Origin: Escherichia virus TH40
Sequence record: MT446411.1
Reading direction: 5' to 3' (one strand)
DNA: 64,000 bases
Below are positions 7,224-16,575 of the stretch, piece by piece. The translations under genes and the position numbers were made by a program. The stretch's first letter is position 1. The number at the start of each line of letters is the position of its first letter. The notes beneath the pieces are model-generated. The model had not been told where the DNA came from and did not search any database. It was given only the letters and a program-made list of their open reading frames with translations.

Positions 7224-7358
7224 AAAACTCCGTAAAAGGTGCGCCGTTTCAGCTGTGATATAAGGGGCCATTAACAAAACATAAAGATTTATTAATGTCA
7301 GTCCTTAAACAGGGAACTTCAGTCCGACGACTTACCGGTAGCGACCCGGTTTCTTGTT

Positions 7359-7434
7359 TGGTCGAGACAGTAGGAATCGAACCTACGACCCAGGACTTAG
7401 AAGGTCCTTGCTCTTCCTTCTGAGCTATGCCTCG
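7359..7434 (-). tRNA. tRNA-Arg (anticodon UCU), CCA encoded
   Basis: Hand-folded cloverleaf: acceptor CGAGGCA/TGTCTCG, D stem GCTC/GAGC, anticodon stem AGGAC/GTCCT with loop CTTCTAA, T arm GTAGG-TTCGATT-CCTAC, discriminator A, CCA. Confidence 0.85.
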
Positions 7435-7442
7435 TGCTTGTT

Positions 7443-7567
7443 CATAGCGGGGTGGACTCGAACCACCAATATTAAGTCACTCATGCTCCAAGCATGCAGG
7501 GCACTTACCCCGGACGGAATCGAACCGCATCTACAATACCTATCGCCATGATAATTTAAAATAAGTT
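7443..7567 (-). ncRNA. tRNA-like stable RNA candidate (contains two T-arm-like hairpins, no canonical acceptor stem); position matches the T4 RNA C/RNA D species between tRNA-Ile and tRNA-Arg
   Basis: GGTGG-TTCGAGT-CCACC and GCGG-TTCGATT-CCGT hairpins on reverse strand; no 7-bp acceptor pairing could be found. Confidence 0.3.
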
Positions 7568-7641
7568 TGGTGGCCCTGGGTGGAATCGAACCACCATCCA
7601 GCGATTATGAGTCGCTCGCTTGACCGTCCAGCTACAGGGCC
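7568..7641 (-). tRNA. tRNA with CAU anticodon (Met, or Ile as in T4 convention), CCA encoded
   Basis: Hand-folded cloverleaf: acceptor GGCCCTG/CAGGGCC, anticodon stem AGCGA/TCGCT with loop CTCATAA, T arm GGTGG-TTCGATT-CCACC, discriminator A, CCA. Confidence 0.8.
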
Positions 7642-7719
7642 TTAATTCTATTATGAAAGGCTCTTTGAGGGAAGAACCTTTGGTAATAGAGGGTACTTAT
7701 TAATAATAACGCGTTTTTA

Positions 7720-8196
7720 TTAAAGCATATCAAGTGCTTTAACGTTCAGGATTTGGATTTCTTCTTCGATGATGTATAATTTCACCCACGAAACTACGCG
7801 TATAAAATCACTATCATATTCCACTGGCTCGCCCAGCAATTCCTGGAGAGAACACAATAATTCAAATTCCTGGTCATTGTCACCTTCAACCAGATTTTCA
7901 ATACAAAGTGTTTTGTTAATGAATTCAGGAGTTAATTGACCAGATTTTACACCAGATTCAATGTGTGCGATAATCAAGTCTTTAACTATGTCCCATTCTG
8001 AATTACCACATTTATTGCGGTTATTACAATGAGAGCCTTGAAAAAGTTCCAGGATATATTTGTACTGCTGGATTTCTTGTTCTTCTACACCAAATATTGT
8101 CTGGGTTTTATAGTTGTCACCATCATTTTCCAAGGTTTCAATTTCAATCACATAACCTTTAGGGATGGTCTGACCAAATTTAATATTCATAATCAA
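7720..8196 (-). CDS. hypothetical protein (158 aa)
   Basis: Reverse ORF, start overlaps upstream stop (ATGA). Confidence 0.5.
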   Translation of the reverse strand: MIMNIKFGQTIPKGYVIEIETLENDGDNYKTQTIFGVEEQEIQQYKYILELFQGSHCNNRNKCGNSEWDIVKDLIIAHIESGVKSGQLTPEFINKTLCIENLVEGDNDQEFELLCSLQELLGEPVEYDSDFIRVVSWVKLYIIEEEIQILNVKALDML

Positions 8197-8573
8197 CCTT
8201 CATCAACAATAGTATGGGTATTAGCATTAACAATCTGCCACCAGTCAAAACGGTTAGAACCATATTGAGGCTTATTCTCGTTTTCTTTAATGATATCACG
8301 CAGTTCATCTTCGGTAGCGGCTTTTGCGATTAGGTCTGCATAACCGCCACGGGGATAATAGTTATCGCCAGCAAAGAGTAAAAAGTTTGTTTTGATATTC
8401 TTGAATTCTTCAAGAGTAATAACCGTTCCAGATGGTTGAACAATATCTACGTAACTATATCCTAATTTCTGGGCATTATCTACCGCTTCAAGCAGGGTGT
8501 CATGTGCCCACCCAATTTGACATTCTGGTTTTTCAGATGGATTTGCCTGATAATCTGCATACACTTTATACAT
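8193..8573 (-). CDS. hypothetical protein (126 aa)
   Basis: Reverse ORF; start placed at internal ATG 8573 with AAAGGTGAG RBS immediately after stop of 8575..8760. Confidence 0.45.
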   Translation of the reverse strand: MYKVYADYQANPSEKPECQIGWAHDTLLEAVDNAQKLGYSYVDIVQPSGTVITLEEFKNIKTNFLLFAGDNYYPRGGYADLIAKAATEDELRDIIKENENKPQYGSNRFDWWQIVNANTHTIVDEG

Positions 8574-8574
8574 T

Positions 8575-8760
8575 TTACTCACCTTTAGAGATTTTATCCA
8601 TAACGAAAGAGATTGAACCAATTAAGAATGCAACTACTAAAGAGATTATATTCTCAGAAGTTGAAAGCATATTCAACATAAAGCCAGCAAACATGCTAAA
8701 ACCAAAAGCGGTAACAGCAACAAGGGCAGTAACATTTCTAATTAATTCGCAACGTTTCAT
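8575..8760 (-). CDS. small hydrophobic/membrane protein (61 aa)
   Basis: Reverse ORF with GAGGAGAA RBS and early-type promoter 8789-8818. Confidence 0.4.
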   Translation of the reverse strand: MKRCELIRNVTALVAVTAFGFSMFAGFMLNMLSTSENIISLVVAFLIGSISFVMDKISKGE

Positions 8761-8788
8761 TTTATTCTCCTCAGTAGTTAATGGGATA

Positions 8789-8818
8789 ATTATGCACTAT
8801 CCCATTCAAAAGTACACT
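8789..8818 (-). promoter_or_regulatory. early promoter (-35 GTGTAC, -10 CATAAT) within GGGATA...TATCCC palindrome
   Basis: Reverse-strand GTGTAC-N18-CATAAT upstream of 8575..8760. Confidence 0.45.
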
Positions 8819-9051
8819 TATTTTTTACGGAAAATTGATTTATACTGTTTAGCCCATTTCTCGATAACTTCTGCCGGACCCTGGATAACAAAATAGTCCC
8901 CAAACTCTTCACCGCCGAGCTGACCGTAATTATCTAAGGCGTCGCGGAGAGTTCCATAAGGCATTTCGCCCATTTTATCTTTCTTGCCGGTGTAAATGAA
9001 TTGCACTTTAACATCAGCAGTTTCATTAATAAATTCTTGATAAGTTTTCAT
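8818..9051 (-). CDS. internal-protein-like protein, N-terminal capsid targeting sequence MKTYQEFINE
   Basis: N-terminal 10 aa match T4 internal protein capsid targeting sequence (MKTYQEFIAE) known to be cleaved by gp21 after Glu; early promoter 9077-9106. Confidence 0.65.
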   Translation of the reverse strand: MKTYQEFINETADVKVQFIYTGKKDKMGEMPYGTLRDALDNYGQLGGEEFGDYFVIQGPAEVIEKWAKQYKSIFRKK

Positions 9052-9076
9052 GTTGTCTCCAGTAGTTGATGGGATA

Positions 9077-9106
9077 ATTATACTGCAGTTATCCCAGCGC
9101 GTATAC
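9077..9106 (-). promoter_or_regulatory. early promoter (-35 GTATAC, -10 TATAAT) within GGGATAA...TTATCCC palindrome
   Basis: Reverse-strand GTATAC-N18-TATAAT upstream of internal-protein-like gene 8818..9051. Confidence 0.5.
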
Positions 9107-9349
9107 TTATTTTAAGTCTTCCAGACGTTTTTTCATCTTGGTACCATTCTTAGCAATTTCGCCTGCATCAGAACAAAGAGCAAGGAGAGCTTTAACTTTA
9201 CCCTGGTCGCCTTTAAAAGATGATGCATCTACAGAATCAGCAAGTTCTTTGATGCGAGCAAACAGACGCTCTGCTTCAGCAAGGGCTTGACCAAGTTTAA
9301 CTTCCATACCATGAGAAGATTCATTAATAAATGTTTGATAAGTTTTCAT
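9107..9349 (-). CDS. internal-protein-like protein, N-terminal capsid targeting sequence MKTYQTFINE
   Basis: Capsid targeting sequence-like N-terminus; tandem with three similar genes. Confidence 0.65.
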   Translation of the reverse strand: MKTYQTFINESSHGMEVKLGQALAEAERLFARIKELADSVDASSFKGDQGKVKALLALCSDAGEIAKNGTKMKKRLEDLK

Positions 9350-9357
9350 TTGAAATC

Positions 9358-9630
9358 CTATTTTAGATAAATTGCGTATTTTTTATACCCAGCTGTCTCA
9401 TGGCGGAGACCCTTGTCATTGGCAAAACGCTCAATGTTATTAATTTGGTTCTGGTCAAGTTCTGAAATGTCAAACGCGAAAAAGTTGCGTTTGTTTCCAA
9501 TTGTTATATGGTCAGTTAAGTCAATGCTATACAGGTGATTGATATTGTCAATCATAGCTTTGACTGCTTTACTAATTTTTACTTCTTCATTCAGTTGGGA
9601 CTCGTTGAAAAGTTCATTAAAAGTTTTCAT
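9358..9630 (-). CDS. internal-protein-like protein, N-terminal capsid targeting sequence MKTFNELFNE
   Basis: Capsid targeting sequence-like N-terminus. Confidence 0.6.
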   Translation of the reverse strand: MKTFNELFNESQLNEEVKISKAVKAMIDNINHLYSIDLTDHITIGNKRNFFAFDISELDQNQINNIERFANDKGLRHETAGYKKYAIYLK

Positions 9631-9638
9631 AAGAAACC

Positions 9639-9971
9639 TTATTTATACAGTTTAGCTAGTTCTTTACGTCCGCGAGCAGACATAATGAATTGTTCATCAC
9701 CAATTTTGAAATAAGCCATGCCGCCGTCAACAGCGATACCAATTTCTTTAGTACCTTCTTTACCTTTCCACTTGCCACCAGATTTTAGGACAGCTTCAAC
9801 TGCAGCTTTGGAATATTTGGATGTTTGAAAACGTTCATTACCAATCTGAAAGAAAACACCATCTGCATTTTTGGATAAACCAAATTTCAGAGAGCCTTCA
9901 CTATCATCAATTGATTTAGTCTCATTGATGGCGGATTCGGCTAAAAACTCATTATAAGTCTTGATGTTCAT
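9639..9971 (-). CDS. internal-protein-like protein, N-terminal capsid targeting sequence M(N)IKTYNEFLAE
   Basis: Start at internal ATG 9971 (GGAG RBS); capsid targeting sequence-like N-terminus; promoter 10003-10033. Confidence 0.6.
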   Translation of the reverse strand: MNIKTYNEFLAESAINETKSIDDSEGSLKFGLSKNADGVFFQIGNERFQTSKYSKAAVEAVLKSGGKWKGKEGTKEIGIAVDGGMAYFKIGDEQFIMSARGRKELAKLYK

Positions 9972-10002
9972 TTTAACTCCGTTTGTTCGTTGGTGTAGGA
10001 AC

Positions 10003-10031
10003 ATAATACTGTGCCTACACTCATTTGTACA

Positions 10032-10033
<2 letters not shown>
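10003..10033 (-). promoter_or_regulatory. early promoter (-35 GTGTAC, -10 TATTAT)
   Basis: Reverse-strand GTGTAC-N18-TATTAT upstream of internal-protein-like gene array. Confidence 0.45.
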
Positions 10034-10722
<689 letters not shown>

Positions 10723-10723
<1 letters not shown>

Positions 10724-11400
10724 TATATTACCTTATTAATTTTATCAAAAAGTTCTTCGAGTGTGCCATCGTTTTTAATAACAATGTCACTAGCTAGTGG
10801 TGGAAGTCCAGCTTCCGTAATGTGTGTATCAGTAGAATGATTTGCTTCATCGCGTTCTACAAAGATTATTGTAGCACCCATCGCCCGAAGCGAATCAAGT
10901 TCGTTCTTTTGGCGAACATCAGGGACAACGTAATATTTATATCCAGAATAGAGGTTGTCAAGATAATCGCACGCAAAAGTTTTAATCCAAAACATGCTGT
11001 CGAACTCTGTACAAACGATGTCAGTTCCAAGGGTCTGCATGAAACGTCTAACTGTCCAGGGCTCAACATTATTTAGTGTGTGAAATTCAATGATTTTACG
11101 AACCATATCTGGATTCGGAAGGTCAAGATTATATTGTTGTTTTAACCATTCAAGAGCATCAACCAGAAGAATATAAGCTTCGGTATTGTTCATTATCAAG
11201 GTTTTTTCACGGTCATAACCTTGTCCATCAAAATTTTCCAGGGTCAAATTGTGTGGCAGGTCTTGACGAACCCACGCTTTATAAAGCGCTTCTTTAATTG
11301 GACCAGCAAGTTGCCACTTTGTTCCGTTTTGACTAATAACATAATCAGCGGTCGTATCTTTACCACTGCGTTTTTTACCCACAATCGCAATTAATTTCAT
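10723..11400 (-). CDS. 1: deoxynucleoside monophosphate kinase gp1
   Basis: P-loop VGKKRSGKDTTAD, ...MGATIIFVER...NDTHITEAGLP, matches T4 gp1. Confidence 0.85.
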
Positions 11401-11996
11401 ACGTTTCTCATAGATGGATGCATTGACTTAGACCTGATTTCCTGTTGCATTGCTGCATTACTATCAATCTGTGGTCTACCTTCTATTATTATACCATCAA
11501 TTTCTACAGCAAAAGACTTAAAGTTAAAAGTTGCTGTTGCGTTGATAGCAGGGTCAGAATCTTCTTTATATGAATACTGAATCTCTGACAGGTCGGACGG
11601 CCATGCTCCATAGTAATGGATTGACATGACAATTTTGTCCTTGTTGTTATCTAAGATATGAAGCGTGACCGCTTCGGGACGACCCTTTGGATGCCATGCC
11701 TTTGATTCGTGTGTGATGTAGTTATTAAGCGAGAGCATCCATTTATAGATATCAAGCCATGCTCTTAAGTCTTTGTCACACAGAAAGTTAACAATCAGCG
11801 GGTCGAATTCTATTGTACTACCAGGAAGGCTGGAGCGATTTATACCTTGCGTTCCGCCGGGGACATCTGTAACAGGAATGTGAACTCCTGGGAGGGTAAC
11901 GTCTTGAACGTTGAGTTTAAAAGTCTGTGTGAGGTTTGAGTCGCTTACCTCTAATATAAAGTTAGTCGTGTTAGTTTGATTATATAAACCTGACAT
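11397..11996 (-). CDS. 3: gp3 tail completion / sheath stabiliser (start uncertain)
   Basis: Position between genes 1 and 2 as in T4; start placed at internal ATG with AAGGTG RBS. Confidence 0.55.
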   Translation of the reverse strand: MSGLYNQTNTTNFILEVSDSNLTQTFKLNVQDVTLPGVHIPVTDVPGGTQGINRSSLPGSTIEFDPLIVNFLCDKDLRAWLDIYKWMLSLNNYITHESKAWHPKGRPEAVTLHILDNNKDKIVMSIHYYGAWPSDLSEIQYSYKEDSDPAINATATFNFKSFAVEIDGIIIEGRPQIDSNAAMQQEIRSKSMHPSMRNV

Positions 11997-12007
11997 AGTG
12001 CACCTTG

Positions 12008-12046
12008 TTTGCTTTAAACCAATCAGTGTTATAATGGTTCTAGACC
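12008..12046 (+). promoter_or_regulatory. MotA-box middle-type promoter (TTTGCTTTA, 13 nt, TATAAT) followed by GGTTCTAGACC, oriented antisense to gene 2
   Basis: Plus-strand TTTGCTTTA-N13-TATAAT-GGTTCTAGACC in the gene 3 / gene 2 intergenic gap. Confidence 0.4.
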
Positions 12047-12081
12047 TTTTGTCCTTACCAATAACACTGACCGATAATAGA

Positions 12082-12906
12082 TTATGAATTTCTCCATACT
12101 TTCTGGGAAGAGAATCTTTTGCCTTTCGACATGAACTGCTGAAGGGGGAGTAATACCACATTTGCCCAGTCGCTGGGCTTGATTTCAGTGATACTACCTT
12201 TTATATTACCAGGTATATATGCTTTAATCATCTGGTCAGCCCCTTTAAATCCCTTCACCTTTGACCAATCAATCTTCAGATGAGTCTTGTTTGTAATCGT
12301 AGGAGTATTAGCATATTGCTTAAGAAGTTCCTCAAGGAACTCTTGACGTGCCTTCGGTGGAATATAGTGCAAGTTCAAACCGTACATCAAATTATGCTTA
12401 CCTAGACCAAGATAAATGATTAACGGATATTTATCCCAGTATGGAAGAGTATCCTTATGCTTTGCATCATAGATATAAGCATAAAGTTTGCCTGGTTGAG
12501 GTTTAGCCGTTACGTGACCGCGAACTGATTTCTTAATTGTCTCTGCGAACCATCTGGCGGATTTGGTGTTGCTTGCAGCGCCTTCGTTAGCAATCTTATC
12601 TCTTATGCTCTTCCTAAAGCTATTCACCATTATCAGCTGGCGTTCCGCCTTCGTAAGTTTACCAGCAGGTTTCTTTTTGAGCTTAGATACTTTATAAGCA
12701 GTCTGAATTCTTGAATGATACCTCGACATGCTTTTGGTAAAGGTCGAATAGTTGATTCCTTTCTCTTCAGCAAACTTCTTCGAGGTCATTCCTTTTTCTT
12801 TTGCTGTATAAAATTCAACCCCTATCTCAACCCATTGTTGTTCGGATTTACTGGGTTTCGGACCTGGTTTATCTGCAGATTCATTGATAAATGTAAAAAT
12901 ACTCAT
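12082..12906 (-). CDS. 2: gp2 DNA end protector protein
   Basis: 274 aa from ATG overlapping gene 4 stop (ATGA coupling); basic; synteny 3-2-4. Confidence 0.65.
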   Translation of the reverse strand: MSIFTFINESADKPGPKPSKSEQQWVEIGVEFYTAKEKGMTSKKFAEEKGINYSTFTKSMSRYHSRIQTAYKVSKLKKKPAGKLTKAERQLIMVNSFRKSIRDKIANEGAASNTKSARWFAETIKKSVRGHVTAKPQPGKLYAYIYDAKHKDTLPYWDKYPLIIYLGLGKHNLMYGLNLHYIPPKARQEFLEELLKQYANTPTITNKTHLKIDWSKVKGFKGADQMIKAYIPGNIKGSITEIKPSDWANVVLLPLQQFMSKGKRFSSQKVWRNS

Positions 12907-13352
12907 CCTTTCCATCCTAATTTTTTCAGTGAGTTTTCAGTGATTATCCTGAACGTTATACCCATCTTATCCGCGGTAGCTTGCGCAGCTTTCCATTTGT
13001 CAGAGTTAACGCTCCAGGTGTACATCTCGTTAATAAATCTCTTTTTACTCGCGGCTGTATTATTAACCGGTTTGGTTGGAGGTCTTGTTTCTTTTAATGG
13101 CTTAACTTCAAAAAAGAACTGTTGTCCTGTATCAAACTTAACCCAGAAATCCATATAATATCTGCGCTTTTTCCCTTCAGCATTGCAGAAGTATGGAATA
13201 ATCACAGTCTCAGAGCCCCATTGAACAACGTTCGGATGGTTGTCGAGCCATCTCATCAACCAAGCCTCCCAGCTTGACCGGTATTGTATTTTCTTCCAGT
13301 CGCCCTTATATTTTTCTATATTAGTGGGCTTAAATTTCCCGGAGTATGCCAT
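12903..13352 (-). CDS. 4: gp4 head completion protein
   Basis: 149 aa, synteny adjacent to divergent gene 53. Confidence 0.7.
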   Translation of the reverse strand: MAYSGKFKPTNIEKYKGDWKKIQYRSSWEAWLMRWLDNHPNVVQWGSETVIIPYFCNAEGKKRRYYMDFWVKFDTGQQFFFEVKPLKETRPPTKPVNNTAASKKRFINEMYTWSVNSDKWKAAQATADKMGITFRIITENSLKKLGWKG

Positions 13353-13400
13353 ATAGCCTCCTAATAAATATTGATATACTTATTTATAAATGGAGGCTTT

Positions 13401-14003
13401 ATGCTTTTTTCATTTTTTAACCCAATTGATTATGATGCTAAAACAATCAGAAAAAACTCGGCATCATTAACGAAAGAAGATGTCTTAAGCATCCCAATGA
13501 CTGACATCTTCAGAAACTATCGTGCGTATTTTGATAAGGTTGCGGTTAATTATACACCGAAAACATATTACATCGCCGGAGCTCCGAGACCTGAAGAACT
13601 TGCATATCAGCTCTATGGTAATACTCAACTCTATTGGGTTCTCCTTATGCTTAATAATATCTATGACCCGTATTATGGTTGGATATGTTCACAAGAATCA
13701 TCATATCAGGCATCAATTCAACGCTATTCGAATATAGGTGGTAATCAGGTTCTTTATCATGTAAATGAAGATGGTGAAAAATTCTGGAATCTTGTTTCTT
13801 ATCCTGATAATCCATACACATGGTATGATAAAGGTGATAAGAACAAATTATACCCACAGTATGAAGGCCCATTAGCTGCAGTGGATATCTACGAAGATGC
13901 TATTCGCAAAAATGAATATAAACGAGAAATAAAGATAATCGACCCTAATGATATCGAATCATTTATTTCGGCATTAATCCGCGAGATGGAGAAGGCGCTA
14001 TGA
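13401..14003 (+). CDS. 53: gp53 baseplate wedge protein
   Basis: MLFSFFNPIDYDAKT...IPMTDIFRNY...YGWICSQE matches T4 gp53; GGAGG RBS. Confidence 0.85.
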   Translation: MLFSFFNPIDYDAKTIRKNSASLTKEDVLSIPMTDIFRNYRAYFDKVAVNYTPKTYYIAGAPRPEELAYQLYGNTQLYWVLLMLNNIYDPYYGWICSQESSYQASIQRYSNIGGNQVLYHVNEDGEKFWNLVSYPDNPYTWYDKGDKNKLYPQYEGPLAAVDIYEDAIRKNEYKREIKIIDPNDIESFISALIREMEKAL

Positions 14004-15742
14004 TTAATATGTCAGATAGTGTAAGTTGGTTCGTCGGTGTTGTCGAAGACCGAATGGACCCACTTCAACAAGGTCGTGTTCGTGTTCGGGTATGGGGTAT
14101 GCATCCATATGAGAAATCACAAGGGCCTGTAAAAGGTATCAGAACTGAAGACCTACCATGGATGTCCGTACTGATGCCAACATCATCTGCATCGGTTTCC
14201 GGTATTCAAACTGCCATGACTGGTATGGTACCAGGGACTCAGGTATATGGTCACTTTTTGGACAAGTGGAAGCTCAATGGATTAGTCCTTGGTACATATG
14301 GCTCAGCATCAAGACAGAAGGCAAACACAACAGAAGGTTTTAGTGACCCCACAGGGCAATATCCACTTTATGTGGGCAATGATGCTGCTGCGCTTAACCG
14401 AGGCGGTGAGGTCGGTTATGATGACACTTCAAACGTAATACAAGATGCAAACACTGATGTAGGTATTAATCCAGACGGGTTAGATTTAAGCCAAGTTAAG
14501 CCTGATGATAATCCTAATTTCACAATAGAAAACATGCTTCACCGCGATGAAGGTCTTCGTCTGAAAGTATATTGGGACACTGAAGGTTATCCTACTATAG
14601 GTATAGGACACTTAATTACACCACAACCTATTAGAGATATGAATCAGATAAACAAAATATTATCTAATCAAATAGGCCGTGAAGTTAAAGGTAACCCTGG
14701 TGCAATATCAATGGACGAGGCTTCTAAGTTATTCCAAGAAGACCTTAAAAAAGTCCAAAATGATATAGGTAGACATAGTGTTGTAGGTCCGGTTTACAAT
14801 AAAGAAAACCGTTCAAGACAAATGGCTCTTGAAAACATGGCTTTCCAAATGGGATTAGGTGGACTTGCTAAATTCCGTGGAATGCTTAGTGCAATGTTAA
14901 TAGGCGATTATAAAAAGGCATTTGAAGAAGCTCGCAATTCAGTATGGTTTAACCAAACTAAAGGACGTGCATCAAGGGTATCAATGATTATCCTCACCGG
15001 TAATATGGAATCATACGGTATTATGGCCCCAAAAGAAATGGAATTTAATGGGCGTTCTTATAGGATGATTCAAACCTTTGCAGCCCCTACAAATTCCGAC
15101 CCGGCCGACCCGTGGACTCCAGAAGATACGAGGATTCTGTTTAAAGAGCCAGAATCAAGTTACAAGGGCGAATATCCTTATGTGCAGACAATGCAAACTG
15201 AAGGCGGTCATATTCAGGAATTCGATAACACTCCAGGACAAGAACGTTATCGACTGATTCATCCGACCGGTTCCTATGAGGAAGTTGCACCAGATGGTCG
15301 TAAGACTTCGAAGACGGTAGCCGATGGCTATTATATGACCCAGGGCGATTCAAGCACTTATGTTGGTGGGAATAATAAAGTCAACGTTGGTGGTGATGAA
15401 ACCTATTACAATATGGCTAACGTTCGTCGTCAGACCGATGGAAACGAAACCATCCATATTCGTGGTAACGAAGAGAAAACTGTAGAAGGTAATGGAACAC
15501 TCAGAGTTAAAGGCAACGTTACTGTTATTGTTGAAGGAAATGCTGATGTTACTGTTAAGGGTGATGCGACTACCTTAGTAGAAGGTAATGAAACTCGCAC
15601 GACTAATGGTAATTTAAACTGGACTGTAAATGGTACCGTATCTTGGACTTGTGCAGGTGCTTGGTCCGAGACTATGGCTTCAATGAGTTCTATTACATCT
15701 AGTCAATATACTATTGATGGTTCGAGGATTGACATTGGCTAA
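14000..15742 (+). CDS. 5: gp5 baseplate hub / tail lysozyme (cell-puncturing device)
   Basis: 580 aa; lysozyme motif DTEGYPTIGIGHLI; C-terminal VxGxxxxxV beta-helix repeats. Confidence 0.92.
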   Translation: MINMSDSVSWFVGVVEDRMDPLQQGRVRVRVWGMHPYEKSQGPVKGIRTEDLPWMSVLMPTSSASVSGIQTAMTGMVPGTQVYGHFLDKWKLNGLVLGTYGSASRQKANTTEGFSDPTGQYPLYVGNDAAALNRGGEVGYDDTSNVIQDANTDVGINPDGLDLSQVKPDDNPNFTIENMLHRDEGLRLKVYWDTEGYPTIGIGHLITPQPIRDMNQINKILSNQIGREVKGNPGAISMDEASKLFQEDLKKVQNDIGRHSVVGPVYNKENRSRQMALENMAFQMGLGGLAKFRGMLSAMLIGDYKKAFEEARNSVWFNQTKGRASRVSMIILTGNMESYGIMAPKEMEFNGRSYRMIQTFAAPTNSDPADPWTPEDTRILFKEPESSYKGEYPYVQTMQTEGGHIQEFDNTPGQERYRLIHPTGSYEEVAPDGRKTSKTVADGYYMTQGDSSTYVGGNNKVNVGGDETYYNMANVRRQTDGNETIHIRGNEEKTVEGNGTLRVKGNVTVIVEGNADVTVKGDATTLVEGNETRTTNGNLNWTVNGTVSWTCAGAWSETMASMSSITSSQYTIDGSRIDIG

Positions 15743-15776
15743 TATACTTCCGATGAGCACTGACCTAGGAGACTCC

Positions 15777-16274
15777 ATGGAAGGAGCCTCAATCGATGTT
15801 ACGTTTACAGCTCAATTAGAAACAAACGAAACATTAGTCGAAATAAATATAACTGAATATGAGGCCACCCCTGGCGTTAATGTTGAGGGAAATCATCTTT
15901 ATGGTGTTTATGAATCCGTGTTCGGATTTGCAGATGATGCACTTAAATATCGGCTTAATGATGAATTTAAAACTGCTGGTTCATGGGAAGACCTTCCTAC
16001 CGATAAGAGTACTCAATTGTATCTCTGGAGGGCCCCATCGAGCCTCCAGAAGGTCTTTTCATACACGGTAACCCTAACCTATGATTTTCAAGAAGAGAGC
16101 TCTGGTGGAGACACAGGGAACTCTGGTGGCAGTAATAGCCGTACAGGTAATGAGACCGACCCACCTCCTGCTCCAGTAAGAAAGACAATGACAAAAGTTT
16201 ACACAAAAACTATCGTTGGCAACTGGTCAAGATGGGCCGATAAATTGCGTTCATACGTATACGCGAGGGATTAA
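15777..16274 (+). CDS. hypothetical protein in gene 5.1 position
   Basis: ORF between gene 5 and 5.4; start chosen at ATG with AGGAG RBS. Confidence 0.45.
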   Translation: MEGASIDVTFTAQLETNETLVEINITEYEATPGVNVEGNHLYGVYESVFGFADDALKYRLNDEFKTAGSWEDLPTDKSTQLYLWRAPSSLQKVFSYTVTLTYDFQEESSGGDTGNSGGSNSRTGNETDPPPAPVRKTMTKVYTKTIVGNWSRWADKLRSYVYARD

Positions 16275-16567
16275 TGGCTGGATTAAGTTTTAATCAATGT
16301 GTTACAGCAGGCCACGAAGCATGGCCGCCGACTGTAATTAATGCAACTCAAGGTAAAGTATTCACCGGGGGAATTCCAGTATTAGTTGCCGGAGACCCTA
16401 TTACCGAGCATACCGAAATTAAAAAACCATATGAAACCCACGGCGGAGTAACACAACCGCGTACATCAAAGGTATTCGTTACCGGTAAGAAAGCTGTTCA
16501 AATGGCAGACCCGATTTCATGTGGTGATACTGTGGCTCAAGCCTCATCAAAAGTCTTTATAAAATAG
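16274..16567 (+). CDS. 5.4: gp5.4 PAAR-repeat spike tip protein
   Basis: 97 aa, MAGLSF...[23 protein letters not shown]... matches remembered T4 gp5.4. Confidence 0.75.
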   Translation: MAGLSFNQCVTAGHEAWPPTVINATQGKVFTGGIPVLVAGDPITEHTEIKKPYETHGGVTQPRTSKVFVTGKKAVQMADPISCGDTVAQASSKVFIK

Positions 16568-16575
16568 GAAATAAA

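Noticed and set aside
7354-7551. Plus-strand 65-aa ORF across the tRNA region
   Set aside because: Overlaps two tRNA genes and the tRNA-like element on the opposite strand; TTG start, no RBS.
7443-7567. Two additional canonical tRNAs between tRNA(CAU) and tRNA-Arg
   Set aside because: T-arm-like hairpins are present but no acceptor-stem pairing could be constructed and the interval is too short for two tRNAs; kept only as a tRNA-like RNA candidate.
13385-13392. Late promoter for gene 53 (TATAAATG)
   Set aside because: One mismatch to TATAAATA and only 8 nt from the start codon; too uncertain to list as a feature.
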